Origin: Actinomycetota bacterium
GTDB lineage: Bacteria > Actinomycetota > Acidimicrobiia > Acidimicrobiales > JAMCQF01
Assembly: GCA_023379605.1 (NCBI GenBank)
Contig: JAMCQF010000164.1
Location: 297 to 64,296, forward strand
DNA length: 64,000 bases
Direction: 5' to 3'
Shown here: positions 18,526 to 26,821 of the stretch, one piece after another
Layout of the letters: the number at the start of each line of letters is the position of its first letter
Numbering within the stretch: position 1 is the stretch's first letter
Position numbers and translations under genes: made by a program
The notes under the pieces: model-generated
What the model saw: only the letters and a program-made list of their open reading frames with translations
The model's database searches: none
What the model was told of the DNA's origin: nothing

Positions 18526-19548
18526 CTAGGGCTGGCTTGATGGCTTCTCGTCGTGGCCGCCGAACTCCTTGCGCATGGCCGAGAGCACCTTATCGGAGAA
18601 GTCGCCGGCACCCCTTGAGCTAAAGCGCTCGTATAGAGCGGTGCTGAGCACTGATGCGGGAACGCCTTCGTCGATGGCTGCATGGACGGTCCAGCGCCCC
18701 TCTCCTGAATCGGAGACTCGTCCGGCAAATGCAGACAGCTCGGGATCTTCATGAAGCGCTGCAGCGGTTAGATCGAGCAGCCATGAGGCCACCACGCTGC
18801 CCCGGCGCCACACCTCAGCTACCTCTGCAGTGTCGATCTCGAACTGGTAGTACTGGGGATCGCGCAGCGGGGTCGTCTCGGCGTCTTCTTCTTGAGCCAT
18901 GGCTCCTGCGTTTGCTGCACGCAGGATTGCCAGACCCTCGGCATAAGAGGCCATGAGCCCGTACTCGATCCCGTTGTGGACCATCTTTACAAAGTGCCCT
19001 GCACCATTCGGGCCGCAGTGCAGATATCCCAGTTCGGCGGTGGAGGGGGCTCCTGTGCGTCCAGGAGTTCGCGGAGCTGCCTGAAGGCCGGGGGCGATGG
19101 TTGCAAATATCGGCCCTAGCCTCTCAACCTGTTCCTTTTCCCCGCCAATCATTAGGCAGTAGCCACGCTTGAGGCCGAAGACGCCTCCGCTGGTGCCGAC
19201 ATCTATATAGTGGATGCCCCTTTTCCCAAGCGAGCGGGCACGATCGATGTCGTCACGGTAGTAGGAATTGCCCCCGTCAATGATCACATCGTCGCTAGAC
19301 ATGAGGGCTGCAAGCTCTTCTACGACCTTTCCCGTGATGCCCGCAGGCACCATGACCCAGACCACCTTTGGAGCAGCGAGAGCCAAGACGAGCTCTTCAA
19401 GAGAGCCAGTTCCTGTGGCTCCTTCGTCGGCCAGCGCCTTTACCGCATCGGCATGTGTGTCGAAGACAACGCACTCGTGACCGCCAGCCATGAGCCTGCG
19501 GACGAGGTTCGCTCCCATCCGACCGAGCCCAACCATCCCTATCTGCAT
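18526..19548 (-). CDS. gnd: 6-phosphogluconate dehydrogenase, decarboxylating (short Gnd-like form)
   Basis: MQIGMVGLGRMGANLVRRL, GGNSYY, DVGTSGG, GAGHFVKMVHNGIEYG. Start placed at ATG 19548, preceded by GAGGAGG; the ORF opens at 19572. Confidence 0.9.
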   Translation of the reverse strand: MQIGMVGLGRMGANLVRRLMAGGHECVVFDTHADAVKALADEGATGTGSLEELVLALAAPKVVWVMVPAGITGKVVEELAALMSSDDVIIDGGNSYYRDDIDRARSLGKRGIHYIDVGTSGGVFGLKRGYCLMIGGEKEQVERLGPIFATIAPGLQAAPRTPGRTGAPSTAELGYLHCGPNGAGHFVKMVHNGIEYGLMASYAEGLAILRAANAGAMAQEEDAETTPLRDPQYYQFEIDTAEVAEVWRRGSVVASWLLDLTAAALHEDPELSAFAGRVSDSGEGRWTVHAAIDEGVPASVLSTALYERFSSRGAGDFSDKVLSAMRKEFGGHDEKPSSQP

Positions 19549-19652
19549 ATGACCTCCTCGCTTTCTATCCAATATGTGGCTCTTGTGCCGCTTTTATGAG
19601 CTGTTCTCACCTTGGAGTTGTGCACCTGAGTGGAGCCAAATCGCATAGATTT

Positions 19653-19777
19653 CCTCAAAGTGCCTCACTTACAGGGTCCGTGCTTGAATCCTCGCACGTA
19701 GTAGCCGATCGTGGGGCATCAATCGCGGGGGCCTCAAAGTGCCTCACTTACAGGGTCCGTGCTTGAATCCTCGCACG
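19653..19777. repeat. 46-bp perfect direct repeat pair separated by 33 bp (locus A)
   Basis: CCTCAAAGTGCCTCACTTACAGGGTCCGTGCTTGAATCCTCGCACG at 19653-19698 and 19732-19777. Lies between the hydrolase stop and the gnd start. Confidence 0.95.
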
Positions 19778-19798
19778 CTGCAGGCGATCGCGGTTCCA

Positions 19799-20584
19799 TC
19801 AGTGGCAAACCTCTGCCAGGAAGGACTCGATGGAGCCCACAAAGGCGCTGTCAAATAGGGCGTTCATGTGATTCCCGGTCGTGATCGCTCCTCTGGCTCC
19901 AGGAATCCGGGCGGCGAGCTCTATTGGTGAGCCAGCGAGGGTATCGGCGCTTCCAGCAATGATGAGCACCGGCACTCGTATGCCAGATAGATCCGGTCCG
20001 CTGTTGCCCTCCAGTAGCTGGGCCTTCTGCCACGCTGCCAGAGCCAGTCGATCGGCCCCTGTAGCGTCTGCGAACTGCCTGTATCCCCTGGCCGAGGGGT
20101 CCTTGACATAGGAGAGGGTGGGTGCCTCCATGGCCTGAGCTACAGATGCGGGACTGTGGAACCATCCCCGAGCGCGCATGGAGTCGCCAGCTCCAGCGGC
20201 TACTGCGGCAATCACCCTCGGTTCGCCAGCAGCCAGGTGCAATGCCGTTACTGCGCCCATGGAGTAGCCGAGCACGCAGACCTTTTTCAAGCCTAGGTGG
20301 TCAAGCAATGCCCGTACGTCTCCTACCATCGCATTTTGCCCATATGATCCGGCATCGTGGGGCTTTGCAGATCTTCCATGCCCTCTAGCATCGAGCAGTA
20401 CTAAAGAGTGTCCGTGAGAGGCCATGGCATTAACAACTCCCGTTCGCACCCAGGTTACCTGGCTGTTTGCGGCAAACCCATGAAGCAGCAGCACTGTCGA
20501 GCCATTAGGGCATGGTCGGAGCGCATATGCCAGCTCCAGGCCATCATAGCTCTCAAAGCTGGACCAGCTGAGCTCCTCTGTCAC
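19799..20584 (-). CDS. alpha/beta hydrolase
   Basis: LLLHGF and nucleophile elbow GYSMGA. The ORF opens at 20620. GTG 20584 gives a GTGA overlap with the upstream stop, so it is preferred. Confidence 0.85.
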   Translation of the reverse strand: MTEELSWSSFESYDGLELAYALRPCPNGSTVLLLHGFAANSQVTWVRTGVVNAMASHGHSLVLLDARGHGRSAKPHDAGSYGQNAMVGDVRALLDHLGLKKVCVLGYSMGAVTALHLAAGEPRVIAAVAAGAGDSMRARGWFHSPASVAQAMEAPTLSYVKDPSARGYRQFADATGADRLALAAWQKAQLLEGNSGPDLSGIRVPVLIIAGSADTLAGSPIELAARIPGARGAITTGNHMNALFDSAFVGSIESFLAEVCH

Positions 20585-21723
20585 GGCCGTCTCTGTTCTA
20601 TGCCCCAGTTGCCGCTCCATGACTCGCCTGGACCCAATCGTATGAGGTCTTCGCCGGTTCTAAAGGCATTGGGAGGGCAGGTCATGGGTTCTATGGCTAT
20701 CCCGGTCCGCCGTCGGTGCGGGTTTGGGAGAGTGTCGCCTGTGTAGCACATTAGATAGGGAAAGCTTTCATCCACCCAGACAGCAACGGCTCGAGGAGGC
20801 CCATTATCCTCTCCAGTCTCGTCGCGAGTTCGTAGAGCTGGTTCGGGGCTCTCCAGCACGGCCCAGGCCCTGCCCTGGTTATCTCGGGTCAGCGAGGTGA
20901 AGGCAGTGTCAAGCTTGGTCTCTTTAACCAGCCGAGGTGAGCGAAAATCGAGACCGGTGCCTGCAACAGATCGCCTACCCTTGGGCAGGCCCCTTTCGTC
21001 GCTTTCCAAGGCGATCTCTGCTGGCAGCTGGAGCAAGCAGGTGTCAATCGGTGCTGAAGCACCTTGGTAGCCGGAGCGCCCTTCTTTGCCTGAAGCCCTC
21101 ATTTGGGCAGGGCATAGATGCTCCTTGCAGGGTGTTTGCTGCATTGATGGCTCGGGCTCCACGTGCTGTGGGTGTGCATAGCCCAGTGAGGGCGGAGGTG
21201 CCAGGTATGGATGGAAGCCAGCCCCGAATGGCAGGTCCTTGGCGTCGAGGTTTGTCGCAGTCGTGCTCACAACAAGGCCAGAGCTGTGAACCTTATAGGT
21301 GACCGTGAGCTCTAGCTGGAAGGGGTATGCCGGCTGGGGGTGCAGATGACATCTAAGCGAAATCCGGTCCTGGGAGCGTTCCTTGAGCTCCCACGGAAGC
21401 CATCTGACCAAACCATGGATAGCATTGCTGCGCTCTGGCTCATCCAAACCAGCATGTCCTCGGATCCCGTCGAACAGGTAAGTTCCTCCCTCCAGGCGGT
21501 TGGGCCATGGCATGAGAACCTGGCCCCGGCTGCCTTCGCACATGTCTGAGGCTGGAAACCCGTCTAAAAGCTCGGTTCTGTCCAAGAGAAGTGCCCTAAG
21601 AGTTGCACCCACCTCCGTTATCACGGCTTTGCAGGTCCCCGAGATCGAATAGATGACATGCTGAATGCCCGAAGGAGGCTGTACATCGCTGACATCGCTG
21701 TTTCTCCTAGCCAAGCGGTCCAC
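20581..21723 (-). CDS. aldose 1-epimerase (galactose mutarotase-like) family protein
   Basis: 380 aa with GFHPYL and IEPMTCPPNAF motifs. Carries an extra low-complexity segment after GFHPYL. Confidence 0.8.
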   Translation of the reverse strand: MDRLARRNSDVSDVQPPSGIQHVIYSISGTCKAVITEVGATLRALLLDRTELLDGFPASDMCEGSRGQVLMPWPNRLEGGTYLFDGIRGHAGLDEPERSNAIHGLVRWLPWELKERSQDRISLRCHLHPQPAYPFQLELTVTYKVHSSGLVVSTTATNLDAKDLPFGAGFHPYLAPPPSLGYAHPQHVEPEPSMQQTPCKEHLCPAQMRASGKEGRSGYQGASAPIDTCLLQLPAEIALESDERGLPKGRRSVAGTGLDFRSPRLVKETKLDTAFTSLTRDNQGRAWAVLESPEPALRTRDETGEDNGPPRAVAVWVDESFPYLMCYTGDTLPNPHRRRTGIAIEPMTCPPNAFRTGEDLIRLGPGESWSGNWGIEQRRP

Positions 21724-21852
21724 CTTTCGGTCGTTGAGCTTTCCAGAGCGCTGAACGGCGGCTTATGTAAGCCGGGATACAACCTAGGTGGCTGTGCGAA
21801 CGCTAAGCAGGCGCGCCCCAGCTGTCCTGACTGCGGGTATCGTAACAGCACA

Positions 21853-22647
21853 GTGCGTATCCTGGTCACCAACGACGACGGCGTCAATGCGCCGGGCATA
21901 GCTCACCTGGCCCGGTTCCTTGCCAAGGTGGGTCACGACGTCGTAGTGATTGCACCGCTGCAGGACTCCAGTGGTGCGGGCGCCGGCGTAGGCCCGGTCC
22001 ACCAGTTCGGAGGAATCTCCTATGAGCGCATAGAGATACCTGGCTTGGACGCTCCTGCCTACGGGATCGATGGGCTGCCAGCGATGGCTGTGATCGCTGG
22101 TTGCCTGGGGGGTTTCGGCGATCCTCCAGAGATTGTGGTCTCTGGGATCAACCTCGGTCTCAACGCGGGTTTCTCTGTGCTTCACTCAGGCACAGTTGGA
22201 GCGGCGCTGACTGGTACGCACTTCAATGTCTCTGCGTTGGCGGTGAGCATAGAGTGGGCAGCGGATCTTGACTCGGTGCACTGGGACACTGCATCAGTGC
22301 TGGCCAGCTACCTGGTCGGCTCCATCTTGGAGGGCCCGCCCTCTACGGTGCTCAACTTGAACGTACCCAACCGGGCTTTAGGTGAGCTGAGAGGAATGAG
22401 CAGGGCAGACCTGGCTGCCAGCGGGACCATACGATCGGCAGTTGATCAAGACGGCGAGGGCTATCTCCAGCTCGCGTTGGGACGTAGAGGGGGTTCTAGC
22501 GAGGCTGGGACGGACGTGGGCCTGGTCGAGCAGGGCTTTGCCTCGTTGACGGCGATAAGGAGCGTCTCTGAGGACCCTCGAAGGATCGCAAGCGAGTTCG
22601 TAGAAGGGCTGGCTGGCTCCTGGGTGAAAGAACCCGTTGATGTGTGA
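21853..22647 (+). CDS. surE: 5'/3'-nucleotidase SurE
   Basis: Start placed at GTG 21853 (VRILVTNDDGVNAPGI, the canonical SurE N-terminus). The ORF opens at 21658 but overlaps the divergent gene. Confidence 0.9.
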   Translation: MRILVTNDDGVNAPGIAHLARFLAKVGHDVVVIAPLQDSSGAGAGVGPVHQFGGISYERIEIPGLDAPAYGIDGLPAMAVIAGCLGGFGDPPEIVVSGINLGLNAGFSVLHSGTVGAALTGTHFNVSALAVSIEWAADLDSVHWDTASVLASYLVGSILEGPPSTVLNLNVPNRALGELRGMSRADLAASGTIRSAVDQDGEGYLQLALGRRGGSSEAGTDVGLVEQGFASLTAIRSVSEDPRRIASEFVEGLAGSWVKEPVDV

Positions 22648-22743
22648 TCCCCGCCTTTATGTGGGTGGTTAGCCACGATGAGCTTTGACCCCCGGACCAA
22701 TCCGTCGTTGATGTGTGATCCCCGCCTTTATGTGGGTGGTTAG
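22635..22743. repeat. 38-bp perfect direct repeat pair separated by 33 bp (locus B)
   Basis: CGTTGATGTGTGATCCCCGCCTTTATGTGGGTGGTTAG at 22635-22672 (includes the surE stop) and 22706-22743 (ends 6 nt before the DedA start). Confidence 0.95.
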
Positions 22744-22749
22744 GGACTT

Positions 22750-23481
22750 GTGTTGCTCGTGAGCACCGCGGCGGTTTGGCTGGAGGCGCTTCGAGCAGCA
22801 GGGCACAGCTCACAGGGCCTGCATGGCGCCGTGAGCTCGTATGGCTATGCGGGCGTGGCCTTGCTAGTGGGAGTGGAGAGCTTCGGGATTCCCTTGCCCG
22901 GGGAGACGACCCTTGTGGCTGCAGGGATCTATGCAGGTACCACCCACCGGCTCTCGCTCGTAGTGCTGGTTGTGGTGGCTAGCGCTGCTGCCATAATCGG
23001 TGACAACATAGGATACCTGATCGGCTGGGCTGGGGGATACAAGCTTCTGCGCAAGTATGGCAGCTACATCCACGTCAACGAGTCTCGCCTGAAGCTCGGC
23101 CACTACGCGTTTTCCAAGCACGGAGGACTGGTGGTCTTTGCCGGTCGGTTCATTGCCGTGCTACGCACTTACGCCGCATTCCTGGCCGGCACGAGCGGGA
23201 TGCGATGGTGGCGGTTCTTTGCCTTCAACGCAGCTGGTGGCATCTTGTGGTCCGCCCTGTACGCTGTTGGGTCTTATTACCTCGGTCAGTCCCTAAGAAC
23301 AGTCTCTTCCATCTTCACCTACAGCGCCATACCAGTGGTCGTTATCGCGCTGGTTGCTGCCTATGTTTTCCTAAAGCACAACGAGGCCAGGCTTTCGGCC
23401 AAGGCCGAGGAAGCCTTTCCCGGCCCGCTCGATTCCTACATGGGTCCAGCTCTGAGCTTGCACAGGCAAAGTTCGAGCTAG
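22750..23481 (+). CDS. DedA-family membrane protein
   Basis: 243 aa with GIPLPGETTLVAAGIYAG and RFIAVLRTYAAFLAG, typical of DedA/SNARE-associated proteins. GTG start. Confidence 0.85.
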   Translation: MLLVSTAAVWLEALRAAGHSSQGLHGAVSSYGYAGVALLVGVESFGIPLPGETTLVAAGIYAGTTHRLSLVVLVVVASAAAIIGDNIGYLIGWAGGYKLLRKYGSYIHVNESRLKLGHYAFSKHGGLVVFAGRFIAVLRTYAAFLAGTSGMRWWRFFAFNAAGGILWSALYAVGSYYLGQSLRTVSSIFTYSAIPVVVIALVAAYVFLKHNEARLSAKAEEAFPGPLDSYMGPALSLHRQSSS

Positions 23482-23484
23482 CGT

Positions 23485-24216
23485 TTGAAGGTGCGCCAAT
23501 TCCAAGTCCCGAGGCCGTGGTCCCTGCCACCCTGGCGCAGGGTTGCCTCCAAGGTAGTCAACCGCGCCTGGCAGCACGCCTGTGCTCTTGGGGCTGTGGG
23601 TCCACAAGACGAGCTGGCCAAGCGCTTCGGCGCTTTCGGCATAGGAAGCTGCCTGGGGTTTCCGCCAGGGTCGGTTTTTGGAGAGCGGTGGATACATGTG
23701 GGGGAGGCCACGATGATCGGTGCCTTTGTCACGCTCTCGGCAGGTATGGTGCCCGGCCAGGAGATGGTCACTGATCCTGTTGTACGCATAGGGAACCGCT
23801 GCACGATAGGTAGAGGCAGCCACATTGTAGGTCACCTGGCTATAGAGATAGAAGACGATGTCATGACGGGCCCCTACGTATATATAACCGACCAGAACCA
23901 CGGCTACACCGACACCGAGCTGCCGATAGGAACCCAGATGCCCAACGAGCGAGCCGTGCGCATTGGAGCCGGGAGCTGGCTAGGGGCTGGGGCAGTAGTG
24001 CTTCCTGGATCGGACATAGGAGAGCACGTAGTGGTGGCGGCAGGAGCGGTTGTACTGGGCGAGGTTCCTCCAAGAACGGTGGTGGCAGGCGTTCCAGCTC
24101 GTGTAGTCCGCCGCCATGACCCACTTCAAGGTTGGGTCTCGCCGGATCCAGTGTTATCTGGAACAAGACCAGCTTCTCCCAGGACTGGCGATGGGCCGTC
24201 TCATAATGGTCGATGA
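23485..24216 (+). CDS. left-handed beta-helix (hexapeptide-repeat) acyltransferase
   Basis: Hexapeptide repeats IGAGSWLGAGAVVLPGSDIGEHVVVAAGAVVLGEVPPRTVVAGVPARVV. TTG start uncertain. Confidence 0.8.
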   Translation: MKVRQFQVPRPWSLPPWRRVASKVVNRAWQHACALGAVGPQDELAKRFGAFGIGSCLGFPPGSVFGERWIHVGEATMIGAFVTLSAGMVPGQEMVTDPVVRIGNRCTIGRGSHIVGHLAIEIEDDVMTGPYVYITDQNHGYTDTELPIGTQMPNERAVRIGAGSWLGAGAVVLPGSDIGEHVVVAAGAVVLGEVPPRTVVAGVPARVVRRHDPLQGWVSPDPVLSGTRPASPRTGDGPSHNGR

Positions 24217-24217
24217 C

Positions 24218-24979
24218 ATGAGCGCCCGCATCATTGCCGTTGCCAATCAGAAAGGTGGCGTAGCCAAGACCACCACTGTGCACAGCCTAGGGGCAGCTTT
24301 ATCAGAAAGATCCCGGTCCGTTCTGCTGGTGGACCTCGATCCCCAGGCGTGCCTTACGTTTTCCGCAGGTTTTGATCCCGACACCCTTTCTTGCACGATC
24401 CACGACGTTTTGGCTCATGGCGCAGACATGGAGGCAGCGGTGCTAAAAGCACCGAATTTCGACCTATTGCCTGCCAATATCGACCTTGCTGCATCCGAGG
24501 TACATCTGCTGGCCAGAACCGGGAGAGAGCACGTCCTTAGCAGGGCCCTGGCGAAGGTGAGCCACCAGTACGACTACGTGCTGGTTGACTGCCCGCCATC
24601 GCTTGGCGTGCTGACCATAAACGGCCTTGCCTGTGCCCACGAGGTGCTCATCCCTTTGCAGTGTGAGGCGCTCAGCCACCGCGGAGTAGGACAGCTCCTG
24701 GACACCGTCGAAGAGGTAAAGAGCCTGGCGAACCCCGGGCTTTCTGTTAGGGGACTCATAGCTACCATGTACGACGAAAGGACGCGCCATTCCCGCCAGG
24801 TGCTTGAGGACGTTGCCTCTCGCTACGGGATAGCTGTTCTGGTACCACCAGTACGCAAGTCGATCCGCTTTGCCGAAGCACCTGCCCAGGGCCGCTCGAT
24901 CTTGGAGCACGCCCCGCATTCGCCCGGAGCCGAGGCCTATAGAGAGCTGGCAGCGGTTCTAGATGGCGACCTGAGATAG
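24218..24979 (+). CDS. ParA/Soj-family ATPase (orphan, no parB nearby)
   Basis: Deviant Walker A IAVANQKGGVAKTT, LLVDLDPQ, VLVDCPPSLG. ATG 24218 lies 1 nt after the upstream stop; ATG 24206 is an alternative. Confidence 0.9.
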   Translation: MSARIIAVANQKGGVAKTTTVHSLGAALSERSRSVLLVDLDPQACLTFSAGFDPDTLSCTIHDVLAHGADMEAAVLKAPNFDLLPANIDLAASEVHLLARTGREHVLSRALAKVSHQYDYVLVDCPPSLGVLTINGLACAHEVLIPLQCEALSHRGVGQLLDTVEEVKSLANPGLSVRGLIATMYDERTRHSRQVLEDVASRYGIAVLVPPVRKSIRFAEAPAQGRSILEHAPHSPGAEAYRELAAVLDGDLR

Positions 24980-25048
24980 CACCGCGTGGCCGGCTACAGA
25001 CGGTAAGGCCCCAAGCGGGGAACACGGCCGGAGAACACCGAGATGAAA

Positions 25049-26098
25049 CTACAGGCCAGGTCCTGGATAATAGCGCCAGGGGCTGTCTCCAACCTTGTGC
25101 ACCTGGTCCTTAAGTTCCAATACAACCAAGTGAGCGAGCGTTTCACCGTTGGCCGCTCGCTGCATGAAGTCGGGGATCTCCTCCCATGGCCGGGACCAGT
25201 GCAGGCCAATTGTGATCTCCCACGCTGTGCTTCCCGGCCTTTGCCTTACCGCCTCAACGATCTCATCGAGGCGCCTTTGGTGGTGAGCGATTATCTCGTC
25301 CACTCGGTCAGCCAGTCCGGAGAACCGGTATTCGTGAGCTGGTAGGACTTCATAGGCAGCGATATTGCGAACTTTCAGCAGTGATTGCAGGTAGTCCCCG
25401 AGTGGGTTGGAGTCCTGCTGGCTATGAACGGCAACATTGGGGGTTATGCGAGGTAGCACGTGATCTCCTGTGAGCAGCAGTTGCCGCTTCTCGCTGAAGA
25501 AGCAGACGTGCCCAGGGGAGTGCCCAGGGGTCCAAACCGTGATCAGGTCCCAGCCGGTTAGATCCACAGGGGAATGGTCCTCAAAGAGGATGTCTGGTTC
25601 AGCCATAGTAACAAGCGAGCGTATGACCATAGAAGCCATCTCCAGATCAGGCAAGCGTTCGTTTGGTACCCCTGAGCGCTCCAAGAGCTTTTCCATGCGG
25701 CTCAGAAGCTCGCTTGTATCCACATAACGCCCTTTGAGCATCGCTGCATCGGCGGGATGCAAGCCGATCCATGCTCCTGAAGCCTCTCGTACCCTGCCTG
25801 CGAGCCCATAGTGATCAGGATGTATGTGTGTGACAAGAACCGCGCTTATATCCTCGACCTTGGCTCCCATCACCTCAAGGCCGGCTTTCAGGGCATCCCA
25901 CGCCTCGATTGTGTCCCATCCTGCATCTACAATCGCCAGCTTTTCGCCCGCTTCTAGAACGTACACGAGGACATACCTGAGCGGATTATCCGGTATTGGT
26001 ACAGGAATTGACCACAGGCCGTCCCCAACCATCTCCACGGGAGGAAGGATGTTCTCGTCCCAGGCCTTCTTTTGGGCCGTTCCGGTGATCTGGAGCAC
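25049..26098 (-). CDS. MBL-fold metallo-hydrolase
   Basis: 349 aa with HxHxDH motif (THIHPDHYG) and TPGHSPGH. Confidence 0.8.
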   Translation of the reverse strand: MLQITGTAQKKAWDENILPPVEMVGDGLWSIPVPIPDNPLRYVLVYVLEAGEKLAIVDAGWDTIEAWDALKAGLEVMGAKVEDISAVLVTHIHPDHYGLAGRVREASGAWIGLHPADAAMLKGRYVDTSELLSRMEKLLERSGVPNERLPDLEMASMVIRSLVTMAEPDILFEDHSPVDLTGWDLITVWTPGHSPGHVCFFSEKRQLLLTGDHVLPRITPNVAVHSQQDSNPLGDYLQSLLKVRNIAAYEVLPAHEYRFSGLADRVDEIIAHHQRRLDEIVEAVRQRPGSTAWEITIGLHWSRPWEEIPDFMQRAANGETLAHLVVLELKDQVHKVGDSPWRYYPGPGL

Positions 26099-26821
26099 AG
26101 CTTTACCGTAAATCTCACTTACAGGCTCGCACCAGCCAGGTCGAGAAGTGGATGGATTGCCCCAAGCAGGAAAAGCCTTTAGACTGGCAAAATAAGTACT
26201 AGGTGCAGTTCCGGTGCAGGAAGAGCCGGCAATGGTTGCTAGCTTTTAGTTGAGGCGATCGTATGGGCCAGGGTGGGGTCCACTGCGTTGGCCGGAGCAG
26301 GACAAGGGTGCGGATCGGGCAAGATTGCCAGAGCGCGGGGTGGAAATTGAACGCTAAGCACGGGGGGACATCGGTGCTCTTCGTAGCCAATGGTGCAGAC
26401 CTAGGGGTGCGCTACCCAAGCAAGCACACTCAGATCTGGTCGGGCTGGGACGACCACCAGTCCTTTCCGGGCGTCCCATTGGGCCAGATCCTTCATCGAG
26501 ATGGCCTGGCACGGTTGGAGAAGACCTCGCGTTCACACACCAGAAAAGAAGCCACCAATGAGCCTGAGCATGGTGGCACATTGGCGGTTTTGAGGAACGG
26601 CGAATGCCGGGAGGAGCTTTGCAGCTCGATCCCGGGTTTTCGCGATGGCCCGGCAATGAAAGGCGTTGGGGTCGTCACCTCCCACGCCGGGGTCGATACG
26701 GGAAGGGCCACTGCTCCCCGAGGCAGAAAGAGCGGCACGAAGAGGCCGTGTCAGCGCCGCAGGCACAGATGGGGAGCTCCGGCTGATATCCCATCCAGCT
26801 GCTGCCGCAAGCGAGCTTTGC

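Noticed and set aside
24218-24979. Orphan ParA as evidence of a plasmid or integrated element
   Set aside because: There is no parB, rep, integrase or conjugation gene nearby. Chromosomal orphan ParA/Soj paralogues are common in actinobacteria.
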